A DNA stretch of 64,000 nucleotides from Lama glama. Taxonomy: Eukaryota. Location: NCBI GenBank assembly GCA_028534125.1, contig CM052817.1:43092001-43156000 (forward strand), given 5' to 3'. The notes under the pieces were generated by a model that made no database searches, had not been told where the DNA came from, and worked only from the letters and a program-made list of their open reading frames with translations. A program made the translations under genes and the position numbers. How positions within the stretch are numbered: the first letter of the stretch is position 1; each line of letters starts with the position of its first letter. Positions 44,272-56,900 of the stretch are shown here, piece after piece.

Positions 44272-44428
44272 CAGGGAACTATATTCAATGTCTTATAATA
44301 ATTTCTGGTTAAAAAGAATATGAAAATGAATATATGTATGTTCCTAAATGACTGAAGTATTGTGCTGTACACCAGAAATTGACACAACATTGTAAACTGA
44401 CTATACTTCAATAAAAATATTTTTTAAA
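44272..44428 (+). mobile_element. Short, relatively young L1 3' tail with TSD
   Basis: cagggaactatattcaa...ctgtacaccagaaattgacacaacattgtaaactgactatacttcaataaaa. TSD GCTTACAA at 44264-44271 and 44429-44436. Confidence 0.85.
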
Positions 44429-44471
44429 GCTTACAAAAACACTAATATGATTGTTAAAATATAACATACTA

Positions 44472-44822
44472 AAGTGGGCACTCTATATTCATGGCTTCCA
44501 CAGTTGCAGATTAACCAACTATGAAAACATTTCTCCCCCTCCAAGAAAAACTCCAGAAAGCTCCAAAAGGCAAAATTTGAATTTGCCACAAGTAGGCATC
44601 TATCTACACAATATTTACATTGTATTTACAACTATTTACATAGCATTTACATTGTATTAGGTATTATAAGTAATCTAGAGAGGACTCAAGGTACGCAAGA
44701 CAATGTATGTATTTTATGTGCATATGCTACCCAATTCTATATAAGGGACTTGAGCATCCTCACATTTTGATGTCCCAGAGGGGGCCTGGAATCAATTCCT
44801 TGTGGATACCGAAAGACAGTTA
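44472..44822. mobile_element. MER2-like (TcMar-Tigger) element
   Basis: caactatttacatagcatttacattgtattaggtattataagtaatctagag...gggacttgagcatcc...ggataccga. Confidence 0.8.
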
Positions 44823-47800
44823 TTTATACATAACAATCTTAGTTGGCTTCAGGTACAGCTGCATTCAAGACACCAAGTATCTGTCTTTCAACCGGTAAAA
44901 TTCCTTTTTTCGTACACTAAATTCAGATGCATTCCTTTTGTTTACCGTCAAGCCAAATCCTAAACAGTTAACAAGTACCTTAGCAGCTGGATCAAGTCTT
45001 AGAAGTTAGCCCTCACCTGTAAGATTATTTCCATAGGGATGCAAATATCATGTATTTCTCATCGACTGAGAACCACATATATAAAATGTTTCCAAGAAAG
45101 AAACTTAACAAACAAAAAATCAGTGATTTAGCATTATGATACTCCTGTGTTCTGAGTGTTAGATAACAGCAAGATAAAGTGGGCTGACACCATACAGATA
45201 GTTCCCTATAATGTTTAATATATCACTTTAGGATCCAGTTTATACTAAATAAAAGAAATTATATATTTGCATATGTAGACATTATATGCCCAGAGACTTA
45301 CATATGAATATCATCACCAAAATTACTAACATTGATTTTCCACATGACTGCCAAAATTTAACACAGTTCTCTAACACTTCTGTTTGAAACAGACTTCAGA
45401 GACCATCACAAATTCTTTTCAGTACTATAATGTGGGAAATTTCCCACTTTCTGAGACTGAACAGAATTTCAAAAATAGTTATACGCTGTCCCTAACCAAG
45501 TCAACTAACTGAAGAGAGATAAAATTTTTGATGGGTTTCAGCATTTGGGGGCGGCGGTGGGGGAAACTGTGTGGAAGCCAGACAAGTCAATAAGTTAATT
45601 TATGTATTTTATAAAATGGTACTGAAATTTCTTAAATGACTTCTGAAACATGTTGTAAGAAATTCCTTTCTTACTGGACAAAAATAGACCTTCTTGATAG
45701 AGATTACTTGATAAAAATATTCATTTACGTGTAATTTTTATCAAAAAGATCAAACTCATCACCTTAGATACATATATATACACCAACTTTTTAAATTATT
45801 TTTATAAAGTTCAGAAAGAAAAAAGAAGTTCCTGTCATGTTTAAAATTAACAAGCCTTGAATCTGTCATCTCCTGTATATATGTATGTGTGAAATTCTGT
45901 GTATGTGTTTTCATATGCATATGTGTTTTCACCTGCAAATATTGAGCAATACATATAACCACAGCTTTACAATTCTATACAATATTAATAATTAAGTGTA
46001 TAATGATTATGTACTGCACGATTAGCAGAAAGTGGGTTTTAGAAATTTAGTCAAGTATTTACTGTCTTACTCTAGGCCTATTTCATCTGTAAAATTGTGC
46101 TAACAATTACAGATCATCTCCAGGCATTCTTCAACTCTCAGGAACTAGGGATTACAAAGTAGTCTCAAATACCCCACAATCTAGCAGGAAATATGTATAA
46201 ACAAATAAAGTATCATAACAAGTGGCGTAAGAGAATTATGTTCAAAGTACATGGAACCAAAAAGAAGTTGTAGTATATGGAAAAAAATCAGAAAAGTTGT
46301 CACTAAAGAAGTAATCTAAGAGTTGAATCCAGAAGAATGTACAGGAGTTTCCAAATAGGTAAAGTAAAGACATGGGGGGGGTGTAGGAAACAAGTGTAAA
46401 AACATCGGAGGTGGAGCACCTCCAAAATAGAAAATCAAGGAAAGCCAAAAATCTGTCCTTCCAAAAAAGCAATAAGAAACTGGCAAAATTTGAAAAATTG
46501 TCAAAACCTATTTTTTCACGACTCTGGAAATTAAACAAAGACTTGCAACAATTCAAGGAGCTTTTATTCAAGAAAAATGACAATTTCAGTAGAAACAGTG
46601 AGCTTTGTGACATTTTAACTTGTCCTATTTTCATCATTCTCTCCCAACTCCATGGTAGTCTTGAAAAGATAAAGCTCACAACCACAGTAACTACAAAAAT
46701 TACTAGCCTTGCAGAAAATGGAAGAAACAGGATTGGACTTACCAAAAAGCCCGACTCGTCACTATTAGACATGCCAAGTAGCTCCCTGGAAAAGCTCTAT
46801 TCTCAGGGCTTAACATAACTCAAACTGTGCAAAAAGCTCTATCACTAGACTGTTTTTTTTTAACAATCAGCAACAACTGAATAACAATGCCGCTGTCTTA
46901 TGAAATGATACAAGCTAAGGACAATAAGAAGTTGACCAGAAAAATTTACATAGAAAAACTGGAAATGAGATTTTATAGGGAACCTTAAAAGCTCTGACAC
47001 GTTCCTGGGAACTCAGAAGACCACACACATGTACAGAGTAGAATGACACACCCAGGGAAGCACTGGGAAGGCCTAGCCTCTCATCTCTAGGCGACACTGA
47101 AGCTCTGCAGAAGAAGTGCAGGCTAAAGCAGAATTGTAAACTGCATCAGGGAACTGAATTCTTGACAACACACACAGAGAGCCCGCTGGCAAAAGCCGGA
47201 AGACGTACTGATTCCAGGTGTTTAATGAAGTATCTGTTCTATCATTAGCTGACCACTAACCTAACTAAGCAGAGACTTCAGTGGCAATTCATTAAAGAAA
47301 GAAAAAAAAAAAAAACACTCCAGGAAAGACTAAACATAAAACCACCACAACAAATCCTGAGAAGTGGAAGACTCTGATTTACAGAGTTACCACACTGTTA
47401 TTTAAAATGTCCAGTTTTCATTTCATTTTGAAATTTTTGATTCAAAGACACAAACAAGTTGAAAGTAAAAGAATGTAACATACATACCATACAAACAGTA
47501 ACCAAACAAGGTGCCAGAAAGGCTATACTAATATTAGATGAAGTAGGCTTTAAGACAAAAATAGTTACTAGAAACAAGGAAGGGCATTTTATAATAATGA
47601 AAGAGTCAACTTATCAGAAAAATCTAGTAATTATAAACATTTATATACTTAAAAGCAAAGCTCCAAAATACATGAAGCACAAACTGACAGAAATGAAAAG
47701 AGAAATAGATATTTAAGCAATAAAAGTTGAAGAATTAAATACTCCACTTTCAGCAATGGATAGAACAATAGACAGAAGGTCAACAAGAAAATAAGACTTA

Positions 47801-48932
47801 AATACTATTACCCAACTGGACCTAGAAGGTATTTATAGAATACACCCCTCAACGATGGCAGAGAGCACATTTATGAAGTACTTATGGAACATTCTACAGG
47901 ACAGACCACATGCCACAGCATAAAAAAGCCTCAATATATTTTAAAAGACTGAAATCATACAAACTATGTTCTTCAACTACAATGGATTAAAATTAAAAAT
48001 CAAATGCAAAAATAATTCACAAATAAAACAACATACTCATAAAAAACCAATGGACCAAAGAAAGAATCACAGGAAAATGAGAAGACACTTCAAGGTGAAT
48101 GAAAATGAAAAAAAAAAAATCATACCAAAACTTGTAAGATGCAGTTAAAGCAGTTCTTGGAGACAAAATCATAGCTGTAAACAAATGGATTCAAATAGGA
48201 TGAGAGGGCTCAAATCAGTAACCTAACTTCCCATGTTAAAATCTAGAAAAGGTGAATACATTATACTCACAGAAAAAAAGGAAATAATAAAATTAAAGTA
48301 AACATAAATTAGAAAACAAAAAGCTAATAGAGAAAACAACAAAACCAATTTTTTTCTTTAAAAAGATCAATAAAACTGGTAACATCTGGCTAAACTGACC
48401 AAGAAACAGAAGAGACACATTACTAAAATCAAGGATAAAGAAGAGATACCATTACCAACATCACAGAAATAAAAAGGATTAAAAAGCAACTTTATGTCAA
48501 TAAATTAGATAATCTAGATGGAATCAATGAATTTCTACAAAGATACAAATTACCAAACTGAGACAAAAATAAATAGAAAATTTAAATAAACCTGTAGCAA
48601 GTAGAGATTGCACTAGTAATCAAAAAACTTCCAAGAAAAGCCCAAGACCAACGGGCTTCACTAGTGAATTGTATCAAATGTTTAAACACCAATTCTTCAC
48701 AAACTCTTCCATAAAATAAAAGAGAAGGGAACACTTCTCAATCTATTCTGTGAAAACCCAACCACTTCACAAGAAATTACAGACCAACATCCCTTGTGAA
48801 TATAAACGTGAAAATCTTTTGACAAAATACTAGCAGACCAAATCCAGGAATATACTTAAAAAAAATTTTTTTAAAGTATGTATATATGTATGTGTATGTA
48901 TGTGTATACACACACACACACACACACACACA

Positions 48933-49432
48933 NNNNNNNNNNNNNNNNNNNNNNNNNNNNNNNNNNNNNNNNNNNNNNNNNNNNNNNNNNNNNNNNNNNN
49001 NNNNNNNNNNNNNNNNNNNNNNNNNNNNNNNNNNNNNNNNNNNNNNNNNNNNNNNNNNNNNNNNNNNNNNNNNNNNNNNNNNNNNNNNNNNNNNNNNNNN
49101 NNNNNNNNNNNNNNNNNNNNNNNNNNNNNNNNNNNNNNNNNNNNNNNNNNNNNNNNNNNNNNNNNNNNNNNNNNNNNNNNNNNNNNNNNNNNNNNNNNNN
49201 NNNNNNNNNNNNNNNNNNNNNNNNNNNNNNNNNNNNNNNNNNNNNNNNNNNNNNNNNNNNNNNNNNNNNNNNNNNNNNNNNNNNNNNNNNNNNNNNNNNN
49301 NNNNNNNNNNNNNNNNNNNNNNNNNNNNNNNNNNNNNNNNNNNNNNNNNNNNNNNNNNNNNNNNNNNNNNNNNNNNNNNNNNNNNNNNNNNNNNNNNNNN
49401 NNNNNNNNNNNNNNNNNNNNNNNNNNNNNNNN
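48933..49432. other. Assembly gap (exactly 500 N)
   Basis: The run of N directly follows a (TATG)n(CA)n microsatellite at 48878-48932. Confidence 0.99.
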
Positions 49433-50525
49433 AACTCTTAGAAGAAAACAGGTGTAAATCTTCATGGCCTTGGATTAGGCAATATATTTTTAGACATGAT
49501 ACCAGAAGCACAAGTAACCAAAGAAAAAATAAATTGGAATTCATCAAAATTTTACACTTTTGTGCTTCAAAGAACACTATTAAGAAAAAGACAGAGACAA
49601 CTACTCTGTTAATAAAATATTCAATTTGACACCCTTTTTGAAAAACTGAAAACATAATCCAAAGAACAGAAGACATTTACAAATCCCTTATCTGATAAAA
49701 ATCTAGTATGCAGAATCTATAAAGAATTCTTACCATTAAACAATAAAAGATAAATAACCCAATTTTTTAAAGGGCCAGAGATTTTAATACAACTTTCTCC
49801 AAAGAAGATATACAAATGACCCAATAAGCACATGAAAAGATGCTCAGCATTACCGGTCATCAGGGAAACACAAATCAAAATCATAACGAGGTACCTCTTC
49901 ACAGCCTCTAGGATCGCTACAATCCAAAAGACAGACAACGTGTTGGTGAGAATGTAAAACAACTGGAAACCGTCATAAATTTCAAGAAAATATAAAATAG
50001 TGCAGCCACTATGGAAAAATTTTGGCAGTTCCTCAAAAAGTTAAACATAGAGTTACCATATGACCCAGTAACTCTATTCCTAAAAATATAACCAGAAGAA
50101 CTTTTCTTTTCATATGCATTCACACAAAAACTTATACATAAATGTTCATTATAGTATTATTCATTACAGCCAAAATGTGGAAACAACCCAAACTGATTAA
50201 TGGACAAACAAAATGTGGTTATTACCCAAATAATGTAATATTATTCAGCCATAAAAATGAACGACATATAGATATATGATAAAACACGGATGAAACCTGA
50301 AAACATGTTAAGTGAAAGAAGTCAGACACAAAGGCCACATATGATTCCATTTATATGAAATGCTCAGAACAGGTAAACAAACAAAGAAAACAGACTGCTG
50401 ACCACAAAGGTTTAGGGTAGGGAAGGAAAAATGGGAAGTGACTGCTAATGAATACAGGGCTTCTTTTTGGAGTAATGAAAACATTCTAGAATTAGATACC
50501 GGTGGTGGTTCAAACGCACTAAATA

Positions 50526-51006
50526 CAGATGGTCCCCAACTTACTGTGGTTCAACTTAACAATTTTTTGACACTATGATGGTGCAAAAGCAATATGCATT
50601 CAGCAGAAACTGTACTTCAAATTTTAATTTTGATCTTTTCCCAGCCTAGGATATGCAGTAAGATGTTCTTTTGTGATGCTGGGCATTGAGCTGCAGCTCC
50701 CAGTCACTCCATGACCACAAGGGGAACAACCCACTCACTTCCAACCATTCTGTTTTTCACCTTCTATACAGTATTCAATAAACTGAATTACATAAGACGT
50801 TCAATAGTTTATTATAACACAGGCTTTGTATTAAATGATTCTGCCCAAATGTAGGCTAATGTAAGTGTTCTGAGCATGTTTAAGGTAAGGTAGGCTAAGC
50901 TATGATGTTTAGTAGGTTAGGTGAATTAAATGTTTTCAACTTATGATATTGTCCATTTACGATGGTTCACTGGGACACAGCCTCATCATAAGTCGAGGAA
51001 AATCTG
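50526..51006 (-). mobile_element. MER47/Tigger5-like DNA transposon nested in the L1 3' UTR
   Basis: Terminal inverted repeats cagatggtccccaactta / taagtcgaggaaaatctg. TA TSD at 50524-25 and 51007-08. Internal ttaaggtaaggtaggctaagctatgatgtt. Confidence 0.88.
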
Positions 51007-51309
51007 TATACTAAAATACAAAAATCATTAAATAGTACACTTTAAACCGAGTTCTCTGATATGTAAATTATATCTCAATAAAGCTCTTATTTTAAAAATT
51101 AGAATATGTCCAAGGAATTACAACTAGCTCCTCATAGCTGACATACAGGTCCCAAAACATGAAGATATGGGAGATAAGGCATGGTAAAGAGTCAGATACA
51201 ATTCTAATCACGAAAGATCATTGCTAAGATGTTTGAACTTTGTCCTGCAGGAGAAAAGGAAACCATAGAAGAATTTAAAGCAAAGGTTTATATTCATCAG
51301 ATGTGCACT

Positions 51310-52125
51310 AGAAAGTAATTCTGTAGTAATTGCATTTCTATACAAGAGCAGCCAAGATAAAAATGGAAAAAAATAAAGACAGCATTTATGACAGCAACAA
51401 GATAATAAAAGCACCAAGGAATAAATCAAATAGAGGATGTATAAAAGCTGTATGAGGTAAATTATAAAACATTAATGAAAGACAAAGAAAATTGACATAA
51501 GTGGAGTTTTATATATCTATACATTTATGGAAAAGAAGGCTCTATGTTACATAGCTTCCAATTTCTCACAGGTTATTTGATAAATTCAATGTCATTCAAA
51601 TAAAAATCTTAGTTTTTCATGGAACTGGATACGCTGATTCTAAGACTCACATGTAAGTGCAAAGAATTAAGAATAGCCAACAATTTTTAAAAAGAATAAA
51701 ATACAGGGATGGGGGTTAGTCACTTTACCAATTATCAAGATTATAAACTCTGATAAGATTATGTGGTAAAGGCACAGAGGTAAACAGAGAATCACAGAAT
51801 AACACAGAAAACTCAGAAACAGATCTACTTACATATGAAAACTGTAAAAAGAAAAAATATAAATGACATCAGAGATATTGCATTCATATCATTGGGAAAA
51901 GGGTAAATTAATCAATTAGATCATTACCCCATAATACATCAAATATAAATTTAATAATTTAAACATATTAATATAAAAAATTAAACATTAAAAGTTTACA
52001 ATACAGTAAAATATATGTATGAATTTGAGGTAGGGAAGACTTTTTTACATTAGACATTAACAAACTCAAAATGATGAATACTAATAAAGTTGACCACATT
52101 AAAATGTAAATTACAATTTCTTTTT
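51310..52125 (+). mobile_element. Old L1ME-type ORF2 fragment
   Basis: aattgcatttctatacaagagc...ggaactggatacgctgattctaa...ggtagggaagacttttt. Confidence 0.65.
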
Positions 52126-52129
52126 CTAG

Positions 52130-53950
52130 CAACTACAGATTCGTGGTAGACCACCTTTCCTAGTACAGTAGTCCTTAAAATGCTGGATATAATAACCATG
52201 GAGGCAGATCAAGAGAACTGCTTGAAACAAGAACAAGTAGAAAGGTTAAATCCATAAGCTGCACTGGAGCCAAAGGCCAACACTGGAGCAGGGTAGAAGG
52301 CCACAATGGGACCACCACAGAAAGCCCAGATCCGCAAAGTACTTCACCCTCAGTGTGAAATAGATACCAATCCACCCTGCAGATGATGCTAAAGAGATAC
52401 ATGCCTTGGCCTCAGTCTTGGCTCTGAATGAAGTGAGAGAGTCTCCTGAGTCTTTCTAAGCAAGATCCAAATTGTCAGAGATTTGGAACTCAACTACCTG
52501 TATTGACCAAAAAAAAAAAAAAAAAATCTAAGCCAATAATTTAAAGCAGCCCTGGTGCGTACCCAGGGGTCTGGTACAGATAAACTCAAATTTTCTCTAG
52601 AGGAAGGCACTCAGACCTCAAAAAACCCCAAGCAGTGAGAATGTATGAAATGTGAGCACACAGTAACAAATATTTTAAAAAGAAGGAAATCACTGAGTAT
52701 TCAAGAAACTGGGCACCATGAACAAAAGTCAAGGAACAATCAAACTACCCAATGAGACTTGAAAAGACTAAAAACTACTAGAATTACCAAACAGAGAATA
52801 TAAAATAACTATGTTCTTCATATTTAAAGAAACAAAATAGGAAACTGAAAATATAAAACAGGATTAAGATGTTATCAAAATTGACAAGGCCAAAAAAACT
52901 GGCCAGGCAATTTTACAACACAAATTGAATTCCTAATGTGAAAAATACAAGAACTGAAAAGGGTAAACTGCAGATGAAGCATACCTGACGGAGGAAAACT
53001 GAAAGATATATCTGAATTCAGTAGAGTACTGACATATACCAAAATGCAGCACAAAGGGTCAAAGATGGAACATGGGAAAGAGAAGTTATGAGACTTAGAG
53101 GAAAAGACGTGGAGAAAAGACTTGGAGAAAAGACCTGGAGGACTTGGTGAAAAGATTCAATAAACCTCTGTCACCTAAGAGAACTGGGAAGAAGCATCGT
53201 TAGAAAGGCTATGGTTGAGAATTTCTCCAGAACTAATGAACACCACCAATCAGCAGATAGCAGATTCAGAAAACCATACTTACACCATCACAGGGAAAGA
53301 GCATAACATCAAAGAGCAAACAAAGCCACCAGTGAGAAAACACACATTATCCACAAAGGCAGAGTGACCAGCCTCTCAACAGTGCAAGGAGGTAAGGAAG
53401 GCACAGAATGAAACCTCCAAAATGCTAAAAGAAAGTAACTGTCTGCCTAGAATTCTGTATCAAGCAAAACTCTTTTTAGAATGAAGATGAAATAAAAACT
53501 TCTCAGGCTAACAAAATGACCTTTATTAACTTTAAAGGAAGAATGTGTCAGCGAGAAAGCAGCTGAGCCTAGAGGGAAAGTCTGCCGTACAAGAAAGAAT
53601 GATAAACAAAGAGGATAACTATTAAACACTGACTTATAAAACAATAAGCATAACGTCAAATTTGTAGATTAAAGAGAAGTGACAACAGAGGCAAAATCCT
53701 AGACAATAAGATCATAAAGCAGGAGAGAGTGGTGATGCTACAAAGGAGTTTGAGCATTCTACAGTTCTCGTAAGATTTGGCATTTAGATATTAACTTCCA
53801 TCTTGTGTTAAACAATCACTAAAAGAACAGGAGAAAAAAGTATATAACTTCTGATGTAATAGAGGGGGGAAAATGAAATAAAGAGAACCTTAATCAGTCC
53901 CAAAAAAGCAAAAAGAAGGATTTTAAAAAGATAATCTAACAAGTATTGCT
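52130..53950 (+). mobile_element. Old L1/HAL1 5' region and ORF1-like remnant
   Basis: atggttgagaatttctccagaactaatg...ctgtctgcctagaattctgtatcaagcaaaact (ORF1 C-terminal PRILYPAKL-like motif). Confidence 0.6.
53091..53157. repeat. Degenerate ~13-bp tandem repeat (GGAGAAAAGACNT)
   Basis: ggaaaagacgt ggagaaaagactt ggagaaaagacct ggaggactt ggtgaaaagatt. Confidence 0.75.
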
Positions 53951-56900
53951 TAAAGAGACTGAAGAGGAGTCAAGGGCAGAAGCAGGAGACAAATTAGACA
54001 AATTAGAACAGTATTTCAGTGTGAAGAAAAGGTCTCAGAAGGATACGTGAAGACTGTTAACAAGAGGTTAGGGAGACGTTAACAGACACACCCACACACA
54101 TGCACACATACCCACACAGCTGCTTCACTAGTCCAGGCGAAAAATAAGAAGGTATTCATAGAAAGGAGATGTCAAATTAATCTCTAGTTTCTCACTTGGG
54201 TGACTATGTGTGGGCTTCCCTTCCGACAAAGACAAAGAAGTTGTTGATTTGGTGAAAAGCTCAGGTTTTTATATTTTAATAGTCTGGTATCATGCCTACA
54301 ACAAAGGCAAGGAGGTGTGGACTAAAAAGATGGAGACTTGGGGAATTTTTGTTTGTGAATAGATCTATCACACAGGGAGACTGAGGAGGAATAAAGGACA
54401 GGTAAAACACCATCACCCGCAAAGGAAAATGAGCTCACTGAGCATTCCGGAAAGTTCTAATATCATCTTAAAATATTTGGGACAACTGCTATTAGAAAAA
54501 AGAAATGCTAAAAGATAATTCTGTTTTAAAAACTTCTGAAATACAGTGAAAGGTTTACAAAGTTAAATATATTCATCCTCCAAAAACTTGTTTATAATTT
54601 TAGCATATATTAGATATTTCTTCTATATAAGCAAGGCAATTCAATCTAAAGTCCATTAACAAATTAGTCATTTGCCATTTTTTATTTTAAATATTTATCA
54701 TACAAATTATATTTTCATTAAATAAAAATAGCTCTACTTCAAAGTTTTGAAAACAACTATAGTTCAAACCGTTCCAATTTAAAATAGTAACATGAAATGA
54801 TCAGAGGAAAAGGCAAAGCCTATTTTTGTGAGCACCTAGAAACTAAGCTAACTTGATACTAAACTGGCACACATAACTACATTCCAGGATTTGGTTCACT
54901 GAATTAGAATGAAAATCATACATAACAGCCCATGGTTAGCAAATAAAAACCACTTAAAAATGTATTACTGACTACACATGAGGAAGTCTGGAAGCATGGC
55001 AATTCCACATCATTCAATCCAAAGTAAGATAAACTTTTTTTTAAGTCACAGAAGACCTAGAGTGTACTGTACAGGATGTGTAAACTCCTCCTGGCACTAT
55101 CCTTTATCCCTACACTGGCCCTAACATGTTGACGCTTATGCATGCACTTTGTGTAAGAATCTCAAGTGTGCCAAGTTAACACAGTGCCTTCTGTAATTAT
55201 TTCAGAAGGGGAGGAGGGGACTACTGAGAAAAATTCCAGCACAGAGCCAAAGTTTCAGCAGAGAGACAGTATCTGTTACTTCAAGGCCTGATAGCAAAAC
55301 CTTGGCTCAGAAAACAAATACTTATTTAAATATTCTGTGTAAGCCTAAGAAAAGCACTCTCTACAATGTTTCAAATCAGTTTATCTTGATGTCACCAAAC
55401 ACAAACAAGACTCAAATTGAAAGAAAAGCTTGTGTAATTCCTCCTTTTTAAAGACAGCTCAAATCTATTTCCTGATTAATTAGACCTGTCAGGCAGAGTA
55501 GAGCATATGCTGCTCACCAGCCTCTACCAATCCCTGAGCTTAATATTCCATTGACTAAATCTGTATTTATCCTGCTAATAGAAAACCATCCAGTACTATC
55601 ATCCAACTCAGTGCTTTCCAATCACTTGACCCTAGGGAAATGACATGTAAATGACAGAGTCTGCTTCCAACCTGAGTTGACCAGCAGGGACCTCCAACCA
55701 GAACAGGGCCACTGTGAGGGCTGAGAAGAAATCATCTTGGCACACCTATAATCCATCTTTGGCATACAGCACATCAGTAAGGAAGAACTCGGTCAAACTC
55801 TTCTGATACTCAGAGATAAGACTAGACACACCCTTATAAAAATCTTATGTACTTTTAATTGAAGAGCCAATCAAAAAATTGTACATAAAACTCTTTAAAT
55901 ACACACAAATATTTGAATTAGCACCAGAATCTCCTCCAAAAAGTCATGTTTATTTATAAGTTAGAAACATAAATTCTCTATACACTTTTACTTCCCATTA
56001 TTTTCATGCATTTACAAACACCTATGGCCACAATTATTTAAGCTATTAAAATAACAAAAGGCTGAATGCCATTTTTTAATTGTAAACATCACAGGGAATC
56101 AAGGAACATATTATACAGGCAATTTACATAATGTCTATGTACTGTCCGAAATCTTCAGAATTCATATATATGTAAATTTTCCTGAGAAAAGAATCTATAT
56201 AACTTTCATTAGATTCTCAAATATGCAATCCAAAAAAAGTTATTTTTTACTACTTTTATTGGAATATGCAATAAATATCTTTCTCCAAATTCTGGTCTTA
56301 TACATATATCCTCTTCCTTAAATTATCTACAAACTGTCTTCTAAGGGTACCTGATCTTTGATGACCTCAGATTTCTTCTCTGTAAAAATGGGAATAATGC
56401 TGTTGCCCTGTCAACTTAAGAATTGGTCAACACATTAGATTTGACAATGCAGGAGAAAGTTCTCTAGACAATTAGAAGACCCTATCAAAATATATCAATA
56501 TATAATAATTTGATAATATTTATCATTGATGTTTTTATCTGTATTAGAATTGTCTGTAAAGACACTTAAAATTTCGGACAGAACAAGTACCATTAAAAAA
56601 ATCAAAACAAGTTTTATCTTAAAAGTACTGATATCCAGACTTTAATTCTCTCATTCAGCCTGTGGATCCTTAAGACATGTAGGTTTATATTAGAATATAT
56701 CTTATTTGAAAGAGCATAATAGTAATTATGTGCATTTTTGGTTAACAATGACTATATTGAAACTCTTGAGTAAGAGAATTCTAGGTACCCACTGGAATGT
56801 CCCTAAAAATATTGCCCACCTGAAGCAATCTGCTCAGAGACTAATGTTAGAAAGTGACACCTTTGAAAGTACACGATCACAGCTTTTCTAAAAATAAACT

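Larger units (their letters stand above)
46430..51085 (+). mobile_element. Large decayed L1 (5' region, ORF2 and 3' UTR; ORF1 apparently missing), spanning the assembly gap
   Basis: Endonuclease remnant KAILILDEVGFKTKIVTRNKEGHFIIMK (47459-47716). ORF2 C-terminal remnants at 49435-50100. 3' end tatctcaataaagct at about 51080. Confidence 0.88.

Noticed and set aside
46242..46818. 176-aa (-) and 135-aa (+) ORFs
   Set aside because: They overlap a decayed L1 5' region, are compositionally biased and show no recognisable domain.
48777..49676. Long ORFs (185-299 aa) in the ORF track
   Set aside because: Artefacts of reading through the 500-N gap and the microsatellite.
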